A stretch of DNA of 32,000 nucleotides from Patescibacteria group bacterium (GTDB lineage Bacteria > Patescibacteriota > Minisyncoccia > UBA6257 > HR35): positions 1 to 32,000 of the forward strand of contig JAUQQN010000001.1 of the NCBI GenBank assembly GCA_030549845.1, in the 5' to 3' direction. The number at the start of each line of letters is the position of its first letter. The stretch's first letter is position 1. Shown here piece after piece: positions 17,001 to 25,674 of this stretch. Under the pieces are notes generated by a model, which saw nothing but the letters and a program-made list of their open reading frames with translations, was not told where the DNA came from and searched no databases. Position numbers and translations under genes: made by a program.

Positions 17001-17903
17001 TTATATTTTTAGATATTTTTGAATAGCAATACTACTAGAAATTATTGTAATCAAAAATAAAAAGAAAAACAAAAGAAGATTTATTTGCCAAAAGTTTATA
17101 AAATAAAATAGCTCTGGGTTTAATGTAACTAAAATGTTTCTCCAAAAACCCCTTGTTTTTATTAATATTAAAATAAAAACTCCTTGAGCTAATAAAAATC
17201 CTATTATTAACGAAATTAACTGTGAAATAAGGAATGGTAATCTAATAAAATAATTGGGAGCCCCTATTAATCTGAAAATTTCTATTTCTTCTTTTTGTGA
17301 ATAAATAGAAAGCAAAGTAGAATTAAAAATTATTAAAGCATTAAATCCTACTATTAATATTAAAAATATTGCTAAAGAGTATTTTAATTGAGTAGAAATT
17401 TTTATAAATCTGTTTATAACTTCTCTATTTTCTGAATAAGTAAGAAAATCTATAATTGCCCTATAAGGTGAATGCTCCAAATAACTTGCTACTTCTTCGT
17501 ATACCTCTGGTTTATCTGCTTTAATAACTAAATAATCAACAAAAGGATTAATTTTTAATTCATTCAAGGCTTTTAAAATGGTTGGGTTTGCTAAAAATTT
17601 TGTTTGAAATTCTTGCCATGCTGTTTCTTTAGTTATAAAATTTACCCTTCTTACTCCTTGAAAATTTTCTAAAATATTTTTGAGTTTATTAATATCTTCT
17701 CTACTTGTATTTTCTTTAAAATAGACAGTAAAATCTAATTTAGTTTTTACATATTCTATACCTTCATTCATTACATAATATGAAATTACAACAATAAAAA
17801 TAAACAAAGTTGTAAGAAAAGTTATAAAAATATTAACTAAGCTTATTAAGGTTTTATTTCGAAATAAACCAAAGCCTTCTCGAAGGATTCTTATTATAAG
17901 CAT
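17001..17903 (-). CDS. ftsX: cell-division ABC transporter permease FtsX
   Basis: 300 aa with an N-terminal TM, an extracytoplasmic domain and three C-terminal TMs. It lies directly downstream of ftsE. Confidence 0.8.
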   Translation of the reverse strand: MLIIRILREGFGLFRNKTLISLVNIFITFLTTLFIFIVVISYYVMNEGIEYVKTKLDFTVYFKENTSREDINKLKNILENFQGVRRVNFITKETAWQEFQTKFLANPTILKALNELKINPFVDYLVIKADKPEVYEEVASYLEHSPYRAIIDFLTYSENREVINRFIKISTQLKYSLAIFLILIVGFNALIIFNSTLLSIYSQKEEIEIFRLIGAPNYFIRLPFLISQLISLIIGFLLAQGVFILILIKTRGFWRNILVTLNPELFYFINFWQINLLLFFFLFLITIISSSIAIQKYLKI

Positions 17904-17918
17904 CTTTAAATTTTAACA

Positions 17919-18602
17919 TCAAACTAAAGTATACTTCCCAGGATTTTCATCTCTTACTATTCGACCTTGATGTAAGGTAATAACCCTTTTATTTAGATAA
18001 TTCACTATATCCTTATGATGGGTAGCTAATATAACTGTAATTCCTTGTTGATTAATGTTCTTCAAAAGTTCTACAATTTCCATCGCAGAGATAGGATCCA
18101 AATTACCTGTTGGTTCATCTGCTAATAAAACTTCTGGGTTTGTAGATAATGCTCTTGCTATAGCTAATTTTTGTTTTTCACCACCAGATAAAAATTTTGC
18201 TAATATTTTTCTATGACTCCAAAGATCAATCATTCTTAAAAGTTCTTCTGTCTTTTTCATTATTTCTTTATTTGAAGCTCCAATAATTTCTAATGGCAAT
18301 CGTAAATTGTCATATACAGTTCTATCTAGCAATAATTTAAACTCTTGAAATACAATTCCTATTTTTCTTCTAAGCTCAGAAAGGGTTTTACCTTTTATTT
18401 TTTTATATTCTAAATTTTTATAATAAATAGTTCCTTCGGTGGGAGTTTCTTCTTTTCTTATTAATTTTAAAATTGTCGTCTTACCTGCGCCGGATCTACC
18501 TACAAATATCACAAATTCACCACTTTTGATTTCAAAAGATGCTTTTTCTACAGCTACTATGTTAGGATAATAAATTTTAGTTACATTTCTGAAAATTATC
18601 AT
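17919..18602 (-). CDS. ftsE: cell-division ATP-binding protein FtsE
   Basis: Walker A GRSGAGKTT, ABC signature LSGGEKQKLAIARAL and Walker B LLADEPTGNLD. Confidence 0.88.
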   Translation of the reverse strand: MIIFRNVTKIYYPNIVAVEKASFEIKSGEFVIFVGRSGAGKTTILKLIRKEETPTEGTIYYKNLEYKKIKGKTLSELRRKIGIVFQEFKLLLDRTVYDNLRLPLEIIGASNKEIMKKTEELLRMIDLWSHRKILAKFLSGGEKQKLAIARALSTNPEVLLADEPTGNLDPISAMEIVELLKNINQQGITVILATHHKDIVNYLNKRVITLHQGRIVRDENPGKYTLV

Positions 18603-18604
18603 TT

Positions 18605-19625
18605 TTAAGTTAACAAAGCCCCTAATGGATGAATTAATTCTAAATGACCTTCTAAAACTTCAATTAATTTATTTGTTTCATAACCAAATTGATGATCATT
18701 TACTAATTTATAAGGATCCATAATGTAAGATCTTTTTTGATGCCCCCAACTTATTTCTATTTTTTTGCCTTTTAATTCTTCTATTTTTTTAACTTTCATT
18801 TCTTGTAAATAATTATAAATTCTTGATTTCAAAATCTTTAAAGCAATCTCTTTGTTTTGATGCTGTGTTCGTTCACTTTGACAAGTTACTGTTATGTTTA
18901 ATGGTTTATATCTAACCCTTACAGCTGTTTCTACTTTATTTACATTTTGACCTCCTTTACCGCTTGATCTAAATGTTTCAATTTCTAAGTCTTCTTCTCT
19001 AATTTCAATTTTGGGTTCTTCAATTAATGGTAAAACCTCAACATATGCAAAACTTGTATGTCGCAAGCCTTTTGCAGAAAAGGGTGAAATTCTTACTAAT
19101 CTATGAACTCCTTTCTCAAATTTTAGAATTGGATAACAATTTTTAGTATCTATTTTCATTTCAACATATCTATAACCACCATATTCATTTTTGTTTTCGT
19201 CAGTAATTCTAAAAGCAATATTTTGATTTTCAAAAAATTTTGAATACATCCGAAGCAAAATACTTACCCAATCTTCAGCATCTTTCCCACCAGTGCCAGC
19301 ATAAATATTCATTATAACAGGACTTGATTTATATTCATCATCTTTCAGGCAATAGTTAAAATATATGTCTTTTAATATATTTTTAGCTTCAAGGTAATTT
19401 TCCTTTTCTAAATTTTCTTTTAAAGTTTCAAGCTTTTCTTTAAAGGATTTCAAAAATTCATATTCCTCTAAAACCTTAAAATTCCCTTCATTTTCCCAAA
19501 ATTTTGGATTTTCTATCTCTTTTTCTATTTTTTCTATCTCTTTGACTTTTTCAAAAACAGCCCTCCAAAAACTGGAGGGTTCTTAACCAAATTTGGTTTT
19601 TTATTTGAATATTTACTATGTTCAT
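18605..19625 (-). CDS. prfB: peptide chain release factor 2, expressed via programmed +1 frameshift
   Basis: The ORF-track piece (18605-19453) contains SPF (RISPFSAKG) and GGQ (SSGKGGQNVNK). Frame 0 starts at ATG 19625 (MNIVNIQIKNQIWLRTLQFLEGCF) and hits TGA at 19553-19551. The +1 frame continues in phase into the main ORF (EKVKEIEKIEKEIENPKFWENEGNFKVLEEYEFLKSFKEK...). Structure: join(19625..19554, 19552..18605). Confidence 0.85.
19551..19566 (-). promoter_or_regulatory. prfB +1 frameshift cassette: SD-like GGAGGG, 4-nt spacer, UUU UGA
   Basis: The minus strand reads GGAGGG CUGU UUU UGA A. This matches the canonical RF2 autoregulatory layout, except that the slippery codon is UUU rather than CUU. 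Confidence 0.75.
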
Positions 19626-19672
19626 AGTAAAAATTATAAAATATAATTGTAATTAAGTTATAATTTTAAATA

Positions 19673-19760
19673 GGAGGGTTGTGCCGAATGGTAAGGCGAC
19701 GGCCTGCTAAGCCGTGCTCCCACTTTAGGGAGCTTGCGGGTTCGAGTCCCGCACCCTCCG
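19673..19760 (+). tRNA. tRNA-Ser (anticodon GCU), class II with long variable arm
   Basis: Hand-folded. Acceptor GGAGGGT/ACCCTCC, anticodon stem ACGGC/GCCGT with loop CUGCUAA, variable arm CTCCC..GGGAG, T arm GCGGG-TTCGAGT-CCCGC, discriminator G. No encoded CCA. Confidence 0.9.
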
Positions 19761-19794
19761 CTTTTTAAGCAGCTCTAAAAAGCTAATAAAAATA

Positions 19795-21411
19795 ATGAGT
19801 TTTTCAAAAAATAAATGTTTAAAAATTCAAAGTTTTACTCTTTTGGAACTAATAATCTCAATTTTAATTTTAGGAATTTTAACATCTCTTATTGTCAAAA
19901 TAACCAAACCATCAGAATTTTTTTCAAACTTACGAGATACAAATAGATTTACAAATCTCAAAAAAATCGAAGAGATGATTAATATTAAAATTGCTTCTTC
20001 ACCTTATTTTAATGTATCACAATTTGCTTCTTCTAATGTAATTTATATTTCTTTACCAGATGAATCTCCTACTTGTACGAGCTACATAAATGATCTTCCT
20101 GCTCTTCCTTCGGGTTGGACTTACAGATGTTCGCCAAATCCAGAAAATATAGATGGGACGGGATGGATTCCTCTAAATTTGCAGGATGTTAGCAATATTA
20201 ATAAACTGCCCATTGACCCAAGAAATACACCAGGGAGTTTTTATTCTCTTATTATAGGAGACAATTCTTTCAAATTAACTGCAACCCTAGAAAATGAAAA
20301 AAATAAAAAGGAATTGGCTGCAAAAGATGGTGGAATTAATGATAATGTTTTAGAGTTAGGAGATTCAAAACTAAAGATACCTTTATGTTTTCTTGTATAT
20401 CAAAATCCCATCGAAACTACTACATTAATTTCGATTTTTCTAGCAGGAGATAGGCCATGGACGGATATGGATGCAAATGACAAATATTTATTTTATAATG
20501 AATTTTATGATTCACCACCCGAAAACCATATAATAGATATAACTAATCCTAAAAATCCTATTGATGTCATAAGATCAGTCTATCCTCAACCATCTACACA
20601 ATATAACTGGCGTCCGGGTCAAGGTGTTCAAGGCCCAGAAGCTATTAAAGACAATTACATATTTTTTTATAATAGATCAACTGGGAAATTAGAAATATAT
20701 GACTTTTCAAACCCACTGCCCAAACCTACTTTAGTTAGTTCTGTTTCTTTGCCTGCCTCATGGCCAGAGGCTGTCATAATAAGAGATAATCTGGTTTATA
20801 CATTAAACCAAGGAGGGCAGATTAGAATTATAGATATTTCAACCATTACTTCTCCTACTGTAATTGGAATGTATGATATAGGTGTTACTGCTAGAGCAAT
20901 GAAAGAAAAAAATGGATATTTATTTGTTACTACTGATGGAACTTATAATTTTAGAATTTTTGATGCAAGAAACCCCTCAAACATAACACAAATAAGTGCT
21001 CTTTCATTGGCGGGGGCTAGTTATTACCATATTCAATTAGAAGTATATGAAAATGCAGCTTACGTTGTAGCTAATAATAGAATAATGTATGTAATTAATA
21101 TATCAAATCCTGCTTCACCAAACGTAGTAAAAATAATAAACACACAATACACCCCAATTGATCCAGGTAATGCTTTAGAAGCTGTAGAAATATTTAAGGA
21201 AAAAAGATTATATGGAGGAGGGGGAGATACAACTGAAGGAGTAATTGAGGTTTTCGATATCTCTAATCCCTTAGAACCTAACTCATTAGGTACTATACTA
21301 ACAGGAGAAAATGCTTTTGTTCGTACATTAAAAATTAAAAATTGTCATATTTATATTGGAACAAGACCAACACATGACATAAGAATTTTCCAAATAGGGA
21401 GAAAATATTAA
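19795..21411 (+). CDS. type IV pilin-like protein fused to LVIVD-repeat beta-propeller domain
   Basis: Class III signal/prepilin motif (KIQS|FTLLELIISILILGIL, Glu at +5). Pilin globular region with LPIDPRN...YSL...FKLTATLE. Six to seven repeats follow of the form hhIhDISNPxxPxxh (HIIDITNPKNP, LEIYDFSNPLPKP, IRIIDISTITSP, FRIFDARNPSNI, MYVINISNPASP, IEVFDISNPLEP, IRIFQIG). Confidence 0.7.
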   Translation: MSFSKNKCLKIQSFTLLELIISILILGILTSLIVKITKPSEFFSNLRDTNRFTNLKKIEEMINIKIASSPYFNVSQFASSNVIYISLPDESPTCTSYINDLPALPSGWTYRCSPNPENIDGTGWIPLNLQDVSNINKLPIDPRNTPGSFYSLIIGDNSFKLTATLENEKNKKELAAKDGGINDNVLELGDSKLKIPLCFLVYQNPIETTTLISIFLAGDRPWTDMDANDKYLFYNEFYDSPPENHIIDITNPKNPIDVIRSVYPQPSTQYNWRPGQGVQGPEAIKDNYIFFYNRSTGKLEIYDFSNPLPKPTLVSSVSLPASWPEAVIIRDNLVYTLNQGGQIRIIDISTITSPTVIGMYDIGVTARAMKEKNGYLFVTTDGTYNFRIFDARNPSNITQISALSLAGASYYHIQLEVYENAAYVVANNRIMYVINISNPASPNVVKIINTQYTPIDPGNALEAVEIFKEKRLYGGGGDTTEGVIEVFDISNPLEPNSLGTILTGENAFVRTLKIKNCHIYIGTRPTHDIRIFQIGRKY

Positions 21412-21793
21412 AGTTATATTTACTTTTTGTCACTATTCTTTTAAATTTTTCAGTTAATTTTATCTATAATTCCTCCCTAATTAATGACCTATTTTTTAAA
21501 ATTAATAATTTAAAAATTTTTAAATTTAATTTTTAAAACGAAATTCTAAACAAATCATTTTCAATAAACCAACAAAAGGAACAAATAAAATTAAACTTTT
21601 AAACATTTATTTGTCAAAGATTAATATTCATTTTGATATTATTTTTACTTCAAAGCTTTCTCCTCATAGATATTAAAATTTTTTAAATTATTGAAATAAA
21701 TTTAAAATTAGCTTCTGTAAAAGTAGCAAAAATTAAGTAAAAGTTTTTTCATAACTACAAAATTAAAGCGAAAATCTTTTTTAAGTATAAAAG

Positions 21794-22315
21794 TTAAGGT
21801 AAAATTGCTAAAGAATTATTAAAGCGATTAATATAATTAAAGAAGCACATTACAGATATTATTTCTATAATCTGTTTCGGGCTAAATTTTTCTTTTAATT
21901 TTTGAAACAATTCTGGTTTATCTAAATGACCATCTAGTGTTATATCTTTAATCAACTCAAAAATTTCTTTTTCAGCATCGGTCTCTCCTTCAGCATTTTT
22001 TATTTTTTCAATAGTTTCATTAGAAAGACCAAAAGATAACAGCATTTTCTCTGAAACATCTATACAAAAAGGACATTTTAAGGTTTGAGAAACAACTAAT
22101 GCTATTTTCCACTTCAAAATAGAATCTATTTCGCTTTCTCTTTTCATAATAACTTCAAAAAGCTCGACAAATGCTTTTAAAATTAATGGATCATAAGCCA
22201 TCACTTTTACCCATTGGGGTATTTTTCCTGTAGCTTTTTCAAATTTTTCATAAACTTCTCGCGCAATGGTATCTACTTGTTCTTTTGGCAAGGGTGGTAA
22301 AAATGGGATTTCCAT
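21794..22315 (-). CDS. carboxymuconolactone decarboxylase / AhpD-like family protein
   Basis: 173 aa, all-helical, with CxxC in LKCPFCIDVS in the position typical of the CMD/AhpD core domain. Confidence 0.6.
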   Translation of the reverse strand: MEIPFLPPLPKEQVDTIAREVYEKFEKATGKIPQWVKVMAYDPLILKAFVELFEVIMKRESEIDSILKWKIALVVSQTLKCPFCIDVSEKMLLSFGLSNETIEKIKNAEGETDAEKEIFELIKDITLDGHLDKPELFQKLKEKFSPKQIIEIISVMCFFNYINRFNNSLAILP

Positions 22316-22444
22316 TAAATAATTATATAATAATTGTTATTTTAGCATGGGTTTTACTTCAAAAAATGAATTTCAAATATGTTTTGTGTCATTATTTAAA
22401 CTTTTAATACTTTCAATATAATTTATTAAAATTAAAAAAACACC

Positions 22445-23722
22445 ATGAGTATTTATGAAAACACTCTTAAAAGATTAGAAGAAATTAAAGATTTAATAAT
22501 AGAAAAGGGAGAATCAGAAAACAAAGTTGATGAAGTCTTTCAAATATTAAAAATACCACAAAGAATAATCAAGGTTAACCTTCCCCTACGAAAAGATAAT
22601 GGAAAATTAGAAATATACGAAGGTTATAGAGTTCAACATAATAATTTTTTAGGCCCATATAAAGGAGGTATAAGATATTTATTACAGGTTGATGAAGATG
22701 AAATAAAAACTTTAGCTTTATTAATGACATTGAAGTGTGCATTAGTAAATTTGCCATTAGGAGGTGCTAAGGGTGGGATTAAAGTGGATCCTAAAGCTTT
22801 ATCAGAAAATGAACTTGAAAAACTTTCAAGAGAATATGTAAGAAAAATTTACGATTTTATAGGTCCCGATAAAGATATTCCTGCTCCAGATATAAATACA
22901 AACTCAAAAATAATGGACTGGATGGTTGATGAATATTTAAAAATTAAAGGAGAAAAAAAGGAGGTTTTTAAAGCAGCATTTACAGGAAAATCTCTAGAGA
23001 ATGATGGCATTGAAGGAAGAGAGGAGGCAACTGGCAAGGGAGGAGAAATTATTTTGGAAGCACTAATTAAAAAATTAGGTCTTAAAAAACCACTTACTGT
23101 TGCCATTCAAGGTTTTGGTAATGTTGGTTACAATGTAGCTAAATTTTTATATAAAAGGGGTTATAAAATAATTGCAATTACTGATAGTAAAGCAGGAATA
23201 TATTCCAAAAATGGACTAAACCCAGAAATGATGATAATATGGAAAAAGGAGAAAGGGAGTTTTGATGATTATAAAATTTCAAAGTCAAATTCTGAATATA
23301 AGATAAAGAATGAAGAAATTTTTAATTTAGAAGTAGATGTATTAATTCCTGCAGCAATTGAAAACGTAATTACTGGAAATAATGCTAATAATATAAAATC
23401 AAAAATCATTTTAGAAATGGCAAACAATCCATTGACAGAAGAAGCAGAAAAAATTTTAGATTCTAGAGGTATTTTAATAGTACCAGATATACTAGCTAAC
23501 GTTGGAGGTGTAATTGTTTCATATTTTGAAATGTTACAAAATATTGAGGGAAAAAGATGGAGTAAAGAAAAAGTTTTCAAGGAATTAACGAATATTTTAG
23601 AAAATACCTTTCAAGAAGTGTGGCAAATAAGTAAAAAATTTAATACAAATTTTAGAAAGGCCTCTTTATTTCTTGCAGTAAAGAGAATTTATAAAAGATA
23701 CTTAGAACTAGGGAGCTATTAG
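22445..23722 (+). CDS. gdhA: Glu/Leu/Phe/Val-family dehydrogenase, most likely glutamate dehydrogenase
   Basis: GPYKGGIRY, LPLGGAKGG (catalytic Lys region), the dinucleotide fold GFGNVGY, and the C-terminal PDILANVGGVIVSYFE. Confidence 0.88.
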   Translation: MSIYENTLKRLEEIKDLIIEKGESENKVDEVFQILKIPQRIIKVNLPLRKDNGKLEIYEGYRVQHNNFLGPYKGGIRYLLQVDEDEIKTLALLMTLKCALVNLPLGGAKGGIKVDPKALSENELEKLSREYVRKIYDFIGPDKDIPAPDINTNSKIMDWMVDEYLKIKGEKKEVFKAAFTGKSLENDGIEGREEATGKGGEIILEALIKKLGLKKPLTVAIQGFGNVGYNVAKFLYKRGYKIIAITDSKAGIYSKNGLNPEMMIIWKKEKGSFDDYKISKSNSEYKIKNEEIFNLEVDVLIPAAIENVITGNNANNIKSKIILEMANNPLTEEAEKILDSRGILIVPDILANVGGVIVSYFEMLQNIEGKRWSKEKVFKELTNILENTFQEVWQISKKFNTNFRKASLFLAVKRIYKRYLELGSY

Positions 23723-23756
23723 GGTCTTTACTTCATATTTAGTTTAATATAATTAC

Positions 23757-24968
23757 TTACTCATATCTTAATGCTTCTATGGGATCAAGATTAGCAGCTT
23801 TTTTAGCAGGATAATAACCAAAAATTATTCCAATAGAAGTTGAAACTAAAATTGAAATTAATATTGCTTTATAAGAAATAATAATTGTTATATTTGTTAT
23901 TTTACCTACAAATATAGTAATACAACTTCCCAAAATTATGCCCACCGCACCACCAATCAAAGTTATAAATACAGATTCCAAAAGGATTTGATTCAAAATA
24001 TTCTTATTTTTAGCACCAATAGCTTTTCTTAAACCAATTTCTCTTGTTCTTTCAGTAACACTAGTTAACATCATATTCATAATACCTATCCCGCCAACAA
24101 TCAGCGAAATCCCAGCAATAAAAGAAAGGAAAATTGTAAAAGTATTAATAACAGAAGTTAAGGTAGTTAAAATATCTTCTTGTGAAAAAATAGAAAAATC
24201 TGGTTCAGTAACTTTATGAAGCTCTGTTAACCTTATTTCTATTTCTTCTCTAACTTTTTCAATATTTTCTTTACTATCTACTTTTACAGTTATTGAATTA
24301 AAATATTCAGTACCAGCTAATTGTTTTTGCATTACAGTATAAGGAACCAAAATAAAATCGTCATAACTTACAAAACCAGCTGATCCTTTAGGTTGCATAA
24401 CTCCTATTACCCTAAAACTTAAATTATTTATTCTAATTTTTCTTCCTAAAGGATCAATATCACCAAATAAATCTTTAGCAACATTGCTTCCTAACACAGC
24501 TACTTTAGAAAATGACCTTATATTTTCGTTAGTAATTTGGTCACCTTCAGCAATTTGTATATTTCTTACTTGAAAAAATTCAGGAGCGATTCCTAATACT
24601 GTTGAGTTTATATTATTACCAATATCAGAAACAATTTGAAATCTTCTTTGAACCTCTGGAGAAACAGCGCTTACGTTTTCAATTTTTTTTATTTCTTCAA
24701 CGTCTTTTATTTTCAAAACCTCTGCACTACCACGACCACTAGCTACAAATCCTCTTCCTGGCTGTACTATACCTGGGAAAACAATTAAATTATTTGAACC
24801 TAAGCTTTCGATACTTTGCTGAATACTAACTTTTGAGCCTTCTCCTAATGAAATCATAGAAATTACAGAAGCGACACCAATTATGATACCAAGCATTGTA
24901 AGCCCTGTTCTTAACTTATTTGACTTCAACGAACTTAAGCTTTCTTTTAATAAATCATTAAATTTCAT
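23757..24968 (-). CDS. MacB-type ABC transporter permease (FtsX-like fold with large extracytoplasmic domain)
   Basis: N-terminal TM (LRTGLTMLGIIIGVASV), a ~220-aa periplasmic domain and three C-terminal TMs with ERTREIGLRKAIGA. It overlaps the ATPase gene by 11 nt. Confidence 0.85.
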   Translation of the reverse strand: MKFNDLLKESLSSLKSNKLRTGLTMLGIIIGVASVISMISLGEGSKVSIQQSIESLGSNNLIVFPGIVQPGRGFVASGRGSAEVLKIKDVEEIKKIENVSAVSPEVQRRFQIVSDIGNNINSTVLGIAPEFFQVRNIQIAEGDQITNENIRSFSKVAVLGSNVAKDLFGDIDPLGRKIRINNLSFRVIGVMQPKGSAGFVSYDDFILVPYTVMQKQLAGTEYFNSITVKVDSKENIEKVREEIEIRLTELHKVTEPDFSIFSQEDILTTLTSVINTFTIFLSFIAGISLIVGGIGIMNMMLTSVTERTREIGLRKAIGAKNKNILNQILLESVFITLIGGAVGIILGSCITIFVGKITNITIIISYKAILISILVSTSIGIIFGYYPAKKAANLDPIEALRYE

Positions 24969-25674
24969 TATTGTGATATAAAATTTTTCTATTTTTTACT
25001 TCTTCTTCAGCAATAATTTCTCCATCTCTTATTTTAATAATTTTTTCAGCATGTTGAGCAATATATTCTTCATGGGTAATTAAAACAATCGTTATGCCTT
25101 TTTCAAAATTAAGTTTTTGTAAAGTATGCATAATAATTTCTCCAGTTTTAGTATCTAAATTACCTGTAGGCTCATCAGCTAAGATTATTTCTGGATCATT
25201 AACTAAAGCTCTAGCAATAGCAACCCTTTGCATCATTCCTCCAGAAAGTTGATTTGGATAATGATATATAAAATTTTCTGGGAAAGCAGAAGCTTTTAGG
25301 GCTTCTTTAGCTTTTTCTATTCTTAGTTTTGAATTTAGTCCACTATAAATTGTTGGCAAAATTACATTTTCTAAAACATTTTTTCTAGGAAGCAAATAAA
25401 AAGCTTGAAAAACAAATCCGATTTTTTTATTCCTCAATTTGGCAAGATCATCATCGTCTAACTTATTAACATTAACTCCTTCTAAAAAGTATTCACCAGA
25501 TGTTGGTCTATCTAACAACCCAATAATATGCATTAAAGTTGATTTACCAGAACCAGATGGTCCCATTATTGCTACAAATTCACCTTTATTTATTTTTAGA
25601 TTTACATTTTTAAGAGCTATAGTTTCTACTTCGCCAGTTTTATAAATTTTCGTTATGTTTTTAAGTTCTATCAT
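24958..25674 (-). CDS. MacB/LolD-type ABC transporter ATP-binding protein
   Basis: Walker A GPSGSGKST, Q-loop FVFQ, signature LSGGMMQRVAIARAL and Walker B ILADEPTGNLD. ATGA overlap with the upstream adaptor gene. Confidence 0.9.
   Translation of the reverse strand: MIELKNITKIYKTGEVETIALKNVNLKINKGEFVAIMGPSGSGKSTLMHIIGLLDRPTSGEYFLEGVNVNKLDDDDLAKLRNKKIGFVFQAFYLLPRKNVLENVILPTIYSGLNSKLRIEKAKEALKASAFPENFIYHYPNQLSGGMMQRVAIARALVNDPEIILADEPTGNLDTKTGEIIMHTLQKLNFEKGITIVLITHEEYIAQHAEKIIKIRDGEIIAEEEVKNRKILYHNNEI

Noticed and set aside
19673-21793. tRNA-Ser-adjacent segment as an integrated mobile element
   Set aside because: No integrase or transposase is present. No direct repeat of the tRNA 3' end was seen downstream, and only a single cargo gene is present. 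It is kept only as a remark in the gap finding.
23113-23131. TTTTGGTAATGTTGGTTAC inside gdhA resembles the left arm of the repeat family
   Set aside because: It encodes the conserved dinucleotide-binding motif GFGNVGY of the dehydrogenase. It lacks the CAGATTAC half and is explained by coding constraint.
683-25645. Remaining short antisense or alternative-frame ORFs in the track (683-886, 1822-2007, 6165-6359, 6831-7022, 7276-7467, 8412-8615, 9298-9627, 13758-13940, 14758-14991, 15182-15373, 22575-22757, 22849-23106, 23269-23580, 25439-25645, 28484-28803, 30861-31124)
   Set aside because: Each lies entirely within a longer ORF that carries clear family motifs or coherent membrane topology. 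None shows recognisable motifs of its own.
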